Positions 9,466 through 19,713 of a stretch of DNA of 37,522 nt are shown here, in pieces (the stretch's first letter is position 1; each line of letters begins with the position of its first letter). Below the pieces are notes generated by a model that had not been told where the DNA came from, searched no databases, and saw nothing but the letters and a program-made list of their open reading frames with translations. Origin of the DNA: Caulobacteraceae bacterium (GTDB lineage Bacteria; Pseudomonadota; Alphaproteobacteria; Caulobacterales; Caulobacteraceae); contig SDZP01000001.1 of assembly GCA_004144935.1 (NCBI GenBank), positions 1 to 37,522 on the forward strand. The letters run 5' to 3'. The position numbers and the translations under genes were made by a program.

Positions 9466-11687
9466 GCGGCAGGCTCGCCATAGACGACGCCGCGTCCGTC
9501 GGTGGCGACATAGACCCGGCCGAAGACGCGGGGATCGCCGGCGATGGCCCTGAACCTGCGGCCCCACTGGTGGGCGTCATCGTTGACCTGCCGCCAGCTT
9601 CGGCCGCGGTCGTCAGAGCGGAAGACGCCGCGCGTTTCGCCCCGCCGGCCGATGGCGAACAGGGCCGGATAACCCGCCCCGGACGGCGCCTTGCCGAAGT
9701 CCATCAACTCGATCTCCAGGCCGCCGTCGACCCGTTCGAAGGCCTGGCCGCCGTCGACGGTGTGATACAGCCCCTCGGCCGAGACGTACCACAGGTCCCC
9801 CTCGCGCCCCGGCGTCGCCTTCAGGGGAAAGGCCTTCTCCCGCCAGGTCGGCCGGTCGGCGGCAAGGCCCGGGGGAAGGCCCCGGCTGGGCACGGGGGAA
9901 AAGGTGCGGGCCCCGTCGATGCTGACCCGCCAGCTGCCCGTCTGGAAATCGAGGGCGTAGAACAGCAGCGGATCCCTGCGGTCGGCCACCGGCCTGGCCC
10001 CGGCCGGCAGGCCCTGGCTCGGCTTCCAGCCGCGTCCCCGGTCGTCGGAGTACATTACCTGCGGCGTGCAGAGCACGAAGGTGGCGCCGTCGGCCGACAC
10101 CAGGATCGGGGCGTCGCGGTACAGGTCCATGCGCCGGTCGTCCGGCGACAGCGCCGGGCCGGCGGGCCTTGGCCGGCCGAGCGATGTCCAGTGGCGGCCG
10201 AAATCCTCCGACCAGGCCAGGGTGGCCCCGTCATGCCCTTCCGAGCCGACGCCCTCGTGCGGCGTGCCGCTGCGCACCACGATGTTCGGCTTCATCCCCG
10301 CGTAGTCGATCTGGTTGGTGTTGGCGAACACCGGGGTGGTGAACTGCAGCTTCGGCGAAACCGTCAGGTCCTCATGGGCGAAGCCGGAGATATCGCCAAA
10401 GCCGGTCAGCAGCGACGGGCCATCCGGCAGGCTGACCAGGGTGATCACCGCGGTCTGCTCGATGCCCTCCGTCCAGGGCGTCCAGTCGGTGGGCCGCCCA
10501 TGGTCGGCGTCCGACAGGTTGCCGGTCGCATAGACCGTCGCGCCGGTCGCATAGACGGCGTGGTCGGCGTCGAACGGGTCGATGGCCAGGGCCGCCATCC
10601 ACCAGCCGAAATCGGGCTTCGGATTTCCCCAGTAGAGGAAGGGCGTGGCGCTGACGTCGTGCCGCGCCGTCTCGCGCAGGCTGGTCCAGGTCTTGCCGTC
10701 GTCGGTGGTCCGCCAGAGGGTGTCGCCGGGCCGCCAGCAGTTGAGGGTCGAGACCAGCACCGTTCCCGGCCGCACAGGATCGACCGCCACCCCCATGAAG
10801 CCGCCGGAGGGCCGGGGCGGGGTGATGTCGCGAAAATCCTCCCCCGCCAGACGCCAGACCGCCCCGTCGGTGACGCCGTTGGGGCCGATGCCGAGGGTGT
10901 AGGTGACATAGAGGACCCCGCGTCCATCGACCGCCGCCTTGGCCGCCGAGAAGCGTGGGTCGGGCCCTCCGGCCACCGGCTTCCAGGTCCCGCCGCCATC
11001 GCCAGAGCGATAGAGGTGGTGGGGTCCGGCGTCGGCGACTCCGACGAAGATCGCCTCCTTGCCGAAGACGACGAAACTCAGGCCCCCGTTGGTCTGCCCC
11101 TCGGCCGGGGCGCCGCGTCCGGGCAGGGGAAAGCCGGCGACCTTCTTCCAGGTTTCGCCCCGGTCGGCGCTGCGCTGCAGGCCATCGTGCCGCGAGGCGA
11201 AATAGAGGACGCGAGTGTCAGCCGGGTCGATGGCCAGGCGCTCGCCCAGCCCCCGGCCGTCCTCGTTGCCGCCCATGGCGAAGGGGACGGGGATGGTCTT
11301 CCAGGTCGCGCCGCGATCGGTCGAGCGCAGGATAGCCGCCCCGCCGCGCCGGTGCATGCCGACGGCGGCATAGACCACCTCCGGATCGCGCGGATCGGGG
11401 GCGATGCTCTCGACCCCGTAGTAGCTGGAGACCGGCTCGCCGTCCTGCAGCGGCAGCCAGCGGCCGGCGCCGGCGTCCCAGCGGTAGGCGCCGCCCATGT
11501 CCGAGCGCAGATAGGCCAGGCCCTTCTCGGCCGGACTGAAGACGATACCGGGAATGAAGCCGCCGCCGCCGACCTTGACGTCCCGCCAGCGATAGGCGGC
11601 CGGCGCCTGGGCCGCGGCGCCTTGGGGGATCATGGCGGCGGCCAGCGGTAGGGCGGCAAGGCCCCGGCGGGTCAGGCTCGGATTCAC
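9462..11687 (-). CDS. GH74 xyloglucanase
   Basis: GTG 11687 with GAGGAG RBS; TRRGL Tat-like signal; VKVGGGGFIPGIVF, YLRSDMGGAYRW (catalytic Asp), GGNEDGRGLGERLAIDP, FGWWMAALAIDPF, GFGDISGF (second Asp); BNR repeats (STDRGATW, SGDGGGTW, SDDRGRSW); ATDGRG near the C-terminus. Confidence 0.93.
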   Translation of the reverse strand: MNPSLTRRGLAALPLAAAMIPQGAAAQAPAAYRWRDVKVGGGGFIPGIVFSPAEKGLAYLRSDMGGAYRWDAGAGRWLPLQDGEPVSSYYGVESIAPDPRDPEVVYAAVGMHRRGGAAILRSTDRGATWKTIPVPFAMGGNEDGRGLGERLAIDPADTRVLYFASRHDGLQRSADRGETWKKVAGFPLPGRGAPAEGQTNGGLSFVVFGKEAIFVGVADAGPHHLYRSGDGGGTWKPVAGGPDPRFSAAKAAVDGRGVLYVTYTLGIGPNGVTDGAVWRLAGEDFRDITPPRPSGGFMGVAVDPVRPGTVLVSTLNCWRPGDTLWRTTDDGKTWTSLRETARHDVSATPFLYWGNPKPDFGWWMAALAIDPFDADHAVYATGATVYATGNLSDADHGRPTDWTPWTEGIEQTAVITLVSLPDGPSLLTGFGDISGFAHEDLTVSPKLQFTTPVFANTNQIDYAGMKPNIVVRSGTPHEGVGSEGHDGATLAWSEDFGRHWTSLGRPRPAGPALSPDDRRMDLYRDAPILVSADGATFVLCTPQVMYSDDRGRGWKPSQGLPAGARPVADRRDPLLFYALDFQTGSWRVSIDGARTFSPVPSRGLPPGLAADRPTWREKAFPLKATPGREGDLWYVSAEGLYHTVDGGQAFERVDGGLEIELMDFGKAPSGAGYPALFAIGRRGETRGVFRSDDRGRSWRQVNDDAHQWGRRFRAIAGDPRVFGRVYVATDGRGVVYGEPAA

Positions 11688-11748
11688 CTTCAGTCTCCTC
11701 CCGACGCGAGGCGGTTGACCGCCCTTCTGCATCCCGCTCGCATAAAAA

Positions 11749-11762
11749 TGTTAGCGCTACCA
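11749..11762. promoter_or_regulatory. LacI-family operator of the XylR/xyl-box type
   Basis: TGTTAGCGCTACCA, an imperfect palindrome with AGCGCT core, between divergent GH74 and GH3; matches the Caulobacter PxylX operator / Xanthomonas xyl-box as I recall them. Confidence 0.8.
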
Positions 11763-11769
11763 ATTCAAG

Positions 11770-11798
11770 TTGACACGTTTGCCATGGGTGGATCAAGT
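11770..11798 (+). promoter_or_regulatory. Putative sigma70 promoter toward GH3
   Basis: TTGACA at 11770-11775, 17-nt spacer, weak -10 TCAAGT; 7 bp from the operator. Confidence 0.4.
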
Positions 11799-11919
11799 AC
11801 GCACAGGTAAAACGAGGGCGGGTCATTCGAACCGGCTCCGGGAGCGGACGTACAGGCTTTTTCGGACCCGCTTCCGGCGTGGCGCTTCCCTGGCGCCTGC
11901 CCCTAGCTGTGGTCGTCCC

Positions 11920-14460
<2,541 letters not shown>

Positions 14461-14561
14461 CGGCGGCGCGGAATCCCTTTGCGCGGCGCCGGTGGGTCAA
14501 CTCGCCCTTGTGATCCGGGGCGACGGGGCGGTATGGCCTAGCGCAATCTGGAGACCAGTCG

Positions 14562-16079
14562 ATGACCGTTAGAACGCGCGTGGCGCCGTCGCCCACCGGC
14601 GACCCCCACGTCGGCACCGCCTATGTGGCGCTGATGAACTACCTGTTCGCCAAGCGTCATGGCGGCCAGTTCCTGCTGCGCATCGAGGACACCGACCGGG
14701 CGCGCAGCACCCCGGAGTCCGAGGCGATGATTCTCGGCTCCCTGCGCTGGCTGGGCCTCACCTGGGACGAGGGCCCCGACGTCGGCGGCCCGCACGGCCC
14801 CTACCGCCAGAGCGAGCGCAGCGACATCTACCGTGAGCATGCCGACCGGCTGCTGGCCGACGGGCACGCCTTCCGCTGCTTCTGCCAGCCGGCGCGGCTC
14901 GACGCCCTGCGCCAGAGCCAGCGGGCGGCAGGCCAGCCGACCCATTACGACGGCCTGTGCGCGGGTCTCGATCCCGCCGATGTCGCCAAACGCGTGGCGG
15001 CCGGCGAGCCGCATGTGGTGCGGATGAAGATCCCGGCCGAAGGCGTCTGCCGGTTCGAGGACATGGCCCGCGGGACCATCGAGATCGCCTGGAACACCGT
15101 CGACATGCAGATTCTGCTGAAGTCGGACGGCATGCCGACCTATCATCTGGCCAATGTGGTCGACGATCACCTGATGGAGATCACCCACGTCATGCGCGGC
15201 GAGGAATGGATCTCCTCGGCCCCCAAGCACCAGCTGCTCTACCAGTATTTCGGCTGGGAGATGCCCAAGCTGTTCCATCTGCCGCTGCTGCGCAATCCCG
15301 ACCGCAGCAAGCTGTCCAAGCGCAAGAACCCGACCAGCATCCTCTACTACGAGCGGATGGGGTATCTGCCGCAGGCCCTGACCAACTACCTTGGCCTGTC
15401 GGCGGTCTCGCACGCCGAGGGCGAGGAGTTGCTGGAGACCGAGGCGCTGATCCGCGAGTTCGACGTCGCCAACATAACCCTTGGCGGTCCGATCTTCGAC
15501 GTCACCAAGCTGGACTGGCTGAATGGCCGCTACCTGCGCGAGGTGCTGTCGCCGGAGGCCTTCAAGCAGGCGGTCGTCGACTGGGCCGTCAACCCGGTCT
15601 ACCTCGACAAGGTGGCGGAGATGCTGAAGACGCGAATCTCGCGCCTGAGCGACATCGGCCTGAGCGCCGCCTTCCTGTTCGCCGGCCGCCTGGGCCTGAC
15701 GCCCGAGCAGCTGACCGACGGCAAGGTCCCGCAGGACGCCCTGGTCATGGGTTTCCACCTGGCCACGGTCGGCTTCGACAGCCTGCCGGTCTGGACCTCG
15801 GCCGAGGTCGAGCGGGTGCTGCGCGAGGTCTCAGGGGTGATGGAGGTGAAGTTCAAGGACTTCGTCCGCCACATGTTCATCGTCATCACCGGCAAGCCGC
15901 AGTCGCTGCCGCTGTTCCAGTCGATGGAGCTGCTCGGCCGCGACATCTGCCGTGAACGGTTGCGGGAGGCGATCGCCACGCTCGGCGGGGCGTCGGAGAA
16001 GCAGCGCAAGGACTGGACCGCCCGCTGGGACGCGGCGGCGCGCGAGCGGGCGCTGGAGGTCCAGGATCAGGCGGGATGA
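14562..16079 (+). CDS. gltX: Glutamate--tRNA ligase
   Basis: RVAPSPTGDPHVGT (HIGH), LRIEDTD, PYRQSER, CFC, PTYHLANVVDDHLMEITHVMRGEEW, KLSKR (KMSKS); GGAG RBS; full anticodon-binding domain. Confidence 0.96.
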   Translation: MTVRTRVAPSPTGDPHVGTAYVALMNYLFAKRHGGQFLLRIEDTDRARSTPESEAMILGSLRWLGLTWDEGPDVGGPHGPYRQSERSDIYREHADRLLADGHAFRCFCQPARLDALRQSQRAAGQPTHYDGLCAGLDPADVAKRVAAGEPHVVRMKIPAEGVCRFEDMARGTIEIAWNTVDMQILLKSDGMPTYHLANVVDDHLMEITHVMRGEEWISSAPKHQLLYQYFGWEMPKLFHLPLLRNPDRSKLSKRKNPTSILYYERMGYLPQALTNYLGLSAVSHAEGEELLETEALIREFDVANITLGGPIFDVTKLDWLNGRYLREVLSPEAFKQAVVDWAVNPVYLDKVAEMLKTRISRLSDIGLSAAFLFAGRLGLTPEQLTDGKVPQDALVMGFHLATVGFDSLPVWTSAEVERVLREVSGVMEVKFKDFVRHMFIVITGKPQSLPLFQSMELLGRDICRERLREAIATLGGASEKQRKDWTARWDAAARERALEVQDQAG

Positions 16080-17347
16080 GCCGTCGCCGGCCGGTCGGCG
16101 TCTTCGGGTTTCTGCGCCTGCCCTGAAGGGCGGGTCGGAAACTGCAGGATGTTGTCCTGCCGCACTGGCAGGCCGACGGAGAAGTAGCCGGTCGGAACGC
16201 CCAGGATCCTGGAGATGTCGGCAAGCACGGGGCCGCTGACGGGCAGGGCGCCGCGTTCGAACTGCTGAACCAGATCCAACGTCACGCCGAGGCGATCGCC
16301 GAGCTCGGCCTGCGATATTTCCAGGGCCCTCCGGCGGCCGCGGATGCGGTCGCCGAGGTGGCGATCGACGAAATGGGGCCCGCTGCCGCGGCCTTCTTCC
16401 GACCCGGAGGCTGGCGCGAGCGCGGGGTAACCCTTCGGTTGCGAGAAAGCGGGGGCCGGCGCCGCCGGGGCGATCCGCTTCGGCGTGATGCGGACCGAAA
16501 AACAGGAGCCACCGCCAGGCCGGCTTGTCACCGCGATGGCGCCGTCCATCAACTGCACCAGTTCACGGCAGATCGACAGGCCAAGGCCCGTGCCGCCAAA
16601 CCGCCGGGTGGCGGTGGAATCGCCCTGGGTGAAGGGCTGGAACATTTCGGCGATCCGGCTTTCGGCCATGCCGATGCCGGTGTCCTCCACCTGCAGAACC
16701 AGCGCCTCGCCATCGATGGTCAAGCACACCGCGACGGCCCCCTCCAGTGTGAACTTCAGTCCGTTGGCGATCAGGTTCGACAACACCTGTCGCAGCCGCA
16801 GGGAATCGACCTGCCACAACCCGGCGGCGGCTTGGTCAATCCGGCAGGTCAGGGCGATGCGCCGCTGGGCGGCGCCGTCCTGGAAGGCGGCGCAGCAGTC
16901 TTCCACCATCTGACCGACGTCGGCGGGAGCCAGGACGAGGGGCAGCGTTCCAGCTTCCGCCCTGGAGATGTCGAGGACGGCGTCCAGAAGGCCGAGAAGG
17001 GTTTCGCCCGACTGCTGTATGACGGCCAGGCGTTCGCTCTGGACCGCGCTGAGTTCATCCCGTCGCATGACCTGGGCCATACCCAGAATGCCGTTCAGCG
17101 GGGTGCGGATTTCGTGGCTCATGTTGGCCAGAAACTGCGCCTTGCATCGATCAGCGGCCTCGGCGCGATCGCGCGCCTCGATCAGGGCGGCGTCGGTGTT
17201 TTCGTCGGCGACGTCGCCGGCCGTGTGGTCCCACAGGCAGCGTTCCTCGCGCAAAAGCCGGACGACGGCGGTCGCCACGGCCACGGCGAGGATGAGCACC
17301 ACAAATGCGAGCTGTGGAACGCCAGGCTGGTTCAGAAAGCTGGTCAC
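16067..17347 (-). CDS. Membrane-anchored histidine kinase (HisKA + HATPase_c) fused to a C-terminal XRE/Cro-type HTH
   Basis: GTG 17347 with GGAG RBS; one TM helix (aa ~13-30); H-box FLANMSHEIRTPLNG (H78), N-box NLIANGLKFT, G1 DTGIG, F-box FQPFTQ, G2 GGTGLGL; Pro/Ala linker; aa 324-393 PHFVDRHLGDRIRGRRRALEISQAELGDRLGVTLDLVQQFERG...ILGVPTGYF is XRE-like. Confidence 0.85.
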   Translation of the reverse strand: MTSFLNQPGVPQLAFVVLILAVAVATAVVRLLREERCLWDHTAGDVADENTDAALIEARDRAEAADRCKAQFLANMSHEIRTPLNGILGMAQVMRRDELSAVQSERLAVIQQSGETLLGLLDAVLDISRAEAGTLPLVLAPADVGQMVEDCCAAFQDGAAQRRIALTCRIDQAAAGLWQVDSLRLRQVLSNLIANGLKFTLEGAVAVCLTIDGEALVLQVEDTGIGMAESRIAEMFQPFTQGDSTATRRFGGTGLGLSICRELVQLMDGAIAVTSRPGGGSCFSVRITPKRIAPAAPAPAFSQPKGYPALAPASGSEEGRGSGPHFVDRHLGDRIRGRRRALEISQAELGDRLGVTLDLVQQFERGALPVSGPVLADISRILGVPTGYFSVGLPVRQDNILQFPTRPSGQAQKPEDADRPATAHPA

Positions 17348-17460
17348 GGCGGACTCCGCGTCTTGACGGCCTTCTGGCCGATTGGGCGCGGATCCCGCGC
17401 TGGCTGGATCATGACCGCCGACGCCAAACTCAACCCTAATGGCCTTTTATGGATCAACAC

Positions 17461-17530
17461 CTAGGGAAGATTGCGTAGAGCCCGCGGGGTCAGCCCCCGG
17501 AGTGGGGCGGGACTACGTAAAACTGCGTAT
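17461..17530. promoter_or_regulatory. Two related 18-bp imperfect palindromes, candidate FixJ-family binding sites
   Basis: CTAGGGAAGATTGCGTAG (17461-17478) and CTACGTAAAACTGCGTAT (17513-17530), 13/18 identical, 52 bp apart, between the divergent kinase-XRE and fixL-like genes. Confidence 0.45.
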
Positions 17531-17587
17531 CGTCTGTCACCTCAGACTGTGGCACGGAGGGGCGTACTCCTGTGAGGTGCTTAGGCG

Positions 17588-19057
17588 ATGTTGCAACTTC
17601 GGGGTTCGCCGGAGCCGGTTCAGCTCGGCTTTCCCGCCCGAGACCTGCTCATCGGCATCGTTGCGGCGGTGACCTGCCTGTTGCCGACCGTTCTGTTTCC
17701 CCGGGTGGTTCACTCGACCTACATGCTGGGCGGGGCGGCGGTGCTGTTCACCGCAGCGACGGCGAGGCCGGTCGGAATCATTGCCGCCGCGGTGACGGTC
17801 ATCGGGCTCGGCGTGCTGCTTGACCTGCGGGACGCGCTTGGTTCAGTCGAGCTCCTGACCCGGGCGGCCGTGTTCGCTGTCATGGGCGCGGCCATGTACG
17901 CCTGGGCGCGTTCCGTCCGCCAACTGCAACAGTCTTCGGCCGCGGTCATCGCCGAGCTGGCGAACAAGGAGGCGGTGCTCCGCTCCATCCTCGACACCGG
18001 GCCGGACGCCATGCTGGTGATCGACCGGTGGGGCGAGGTGCTGACTTTCGGCGCCTCGGCAGAACTGTTGTTCGGCTGGACGAGCGCGGATGTCGTCGGC
18101 CGGAATGTCAGCATGCTGATGCCCGGTCCCTACCGGGACGAGCATGACGGCTACATCGCCGGGTATCTGGAGAGCGGCGAGCGCAAGGTCATCGGCAAGA
18201 GCCGTGAAGTCACCGGCCTGCGAAAGGACGGCTCCCGATTCCCCATGGTCCTTCACGTCGGCGAGGTTCTGGTCGGTGAGGAGCGCCACTTCACCGGCTT
18301 CGTGCACGATCTCACGGCGTTGAACGACGCCCATCTGCGGACCGAGCAGCTGCGCAACCAGCTGACTCATGTCTGGCGGATGAATTCCCTGGGCGAGATC
18401 GCAGCTGTGCTGTCTCACGAGTTGAATCAGCCCCTTACGGCGATCTCGAACTACGTCCGCGGCGCCCGGACCATGGTCAACCGTCTTGAACTTCAGGACG
18501 AGGACCTTCTCGACGCCTTGGAAGAGGCCGGCGCCCAGGCGATCCGGGCGGGGGAAATCATCCGGCGCACCCGCAGCATGGTTTCGCCTCAAGAGCGAGA
18601 GCGGCAGAGGGTGAGCCTTTCCGCTCTGGTGCTGGAGATCGACCTTATGACGGGCCTGATCGCACGCGAGGCCGCGGTGACGCTGGAGTACAATCTGAGC
18701 CAGGGCGCCGATGATGTGTGTGTTGACCGCATCCAGATTCAGCAGGTCGTCGGCAACCTGGTCCGCAACGGTGTCGACGCGATGACCGGCCAGGACCGGC
18801 GAATTCTGGAGATCAGCACCAGCCGTCTGGAGGACGCCTGGGTCGTAAAGGTCAGCGACAGCGGGCCCGGCGTTCCGGCGGAAATGGTCGCGCAGCTGTT
18901 CGAGCCGCTGACCAGCACAAAGGAGCAGGGCATGGGTCTTGGCCTCTCCATTTCCCGCACGATCATCGATCACCACGGCGGCGCGATCTGGGTCGAAAGG
19001 TCACGCTTGGGTGGAGCCGCTTTTTGCTTTAGCCTGCCGGATCATAAGGTGGCGTAG
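17588..19057 (+). CDS. fixL: FixL-like haem-PAS sensor histidine kinase (divergent second copy)
   Basis: N-terminal TM helices; PAS GRNVSMLMPGPYRDEHDGYIAGY...IGKSREVTGLRKDGSRFP (haem His and distal Arg kept); H-box LSHELNQPL; DSGPG, GMGLGLSISRTII. Confidence 0.8.
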   Translation: MLQLRGSPEPVQLGFPARDLLIGIVAAVTCLLPTVLFPRVVHSTYMLGGAAVLFTAATARPVGIIAAAVTVIGLGVLLDLRDALGSVELLTRAAVFAVMGAAMYAWARSVRQLQQSSAAVIAELANKEAVLRSILDTGPDAMLVIDRWGEVLTFGASAELLFGWTSADVVGRNVSMLMPGPYRDEHDGYIAGYLESGERKVIGKSREVTGLRKDGSRFPMVLHVGEVLVGEERHFTGFVHDLTALNDAHLRTEQLRNQLTHVWRMNSLGEIAAVLSHELNQPLTAISNYVRGARTMVNRLELQDEDLLDALEEAGAQAIRAGEIIRRTRSMVSPQERERQRVSLSALVLEIDLMTGLIAREAAVTLEYNLSQGADDVCVDRIQIQQVVGNLVRNGVDAMTGQDRRILEISTSRLEDAWVVKVSDSGPGVPAEMVAQLFEPLTSTKEQGMGLGLSISRTIIDHHGGAIWVERSRLGGAAFCFSLPDHKVA

Positions 19058-19081
19058 AAAGCCACTGGGGCGGCCCAGCAT

Positions 19082-19687
19082 TTGGATCATACGGTCTTCG
19101 TGGTTGATGATGACGAGGCGGCGAGAAAGTCACTGACTTTCCTGTTGCGGACCGAAGGCGTGCGTTCGCGCGCCTTTGAATCTGGTCCCGCCTTTATTGA
19201 GCAGCTCGTGCCTGGACAGCGCGGCTGCGTGGTCACCGATGTGCGGATGCCGGAGATGGACGGCATCACCCTGGTGCGCAAGCTGAAGGAGCGCGATTGC
19301 CGCATGCCGGTGATCGTCATCACCGGGCATGCGGATGTGCCCCTGGCGGTTCAGGCCATGAAGGCGGGCGTGGCCGACTTCATCGAAAAGCCGTTCGAAA
19401 GCGACACCATCCTGCATGCCGTGCGCCGTTGTCTCGAGGTTTCGCGCAGCTTGAGCGTCCAGGAATCCCACCGCCAGATCATCGAAAGCCGGATGGCCAG
19501 CCTGACCGAGCGAGAGCGCCAGGTGTTCGAGGCGGTCGCAGAGGGGCGTTCCAACAAGGAAATCGCCCTGTCGCTCAGCATCAGCCCCCGGACGGTCGAG
19601 ATCTACCGGGCCAATGTCATGGCCAAGATGCAGGCCGAGTCCCTGTCGGAACTCGTCAAGATGAGTTTGACGGCGAGGGCGGCGTAG
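19082..19687 (+). CDS. fixJ: FixJ-family response regulator (REC + LuxR HTH)
   Basis: TTG start; VVDDD, TDVRMP (phospho-Asp), [36 protein letters not shown]. Confidence 0.88.
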   Translation: MDHTVFVVDDDEAARKSLTFLLRTEGVRSRAFESGPAFIEQLVPGQRGCVVTDVRMPEMDGITLVRKLKERDCRMPVIVITGHADVPLAVQAMKAGVADFIEKPFESDTILHAVRRCLEVSRSLSVQESHRQIIESRMASLTERERQVFEAVAEGRSNKEIALSLSISPRTVEIYRANVMAKMQAESLSELVKMSLTARAA

Positions 19688-19713
19688 CGGTCCTGCGGCC
19701 GTCTGATCGCTTC

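Noticed and set aside
9560-11320. Recurring SxDxGxTW sequences
   Set aside because: BNR/Asp-box repeats intrinsic to the GH74 beta-propellers, not a DNA repeat or CRISPR array.
14562-16079. gltX as supplier of Glu-tRNA for haem synthesis near hemN/cco
   Set aside because: Alphaproteobacteria generally make ALA via ALA synthase; no glutamyl-tRNA reductase, hemL or FixK box is associated with gltX here.
16136-16156. DNILQFP motif in the kinase-XRE tail as a docking or proteolysis signal
   Set aside because: Too short to support a function without conservation data.
17444-17457. Possible FixK box CTTTT-ATGG-ATCAA (also half-sites near 11792 and 21777)
   Set aside because: Only one half-site matches TTGAT-N4-ATCAA.
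17439-17823. Short ORFs in the kinase-XRE/fixL intergenic region as a hidden fixT or fixK
   Set aside because: No receiver or Crp/Fnr motifs; they overlap the likely promoter and the fixL start.
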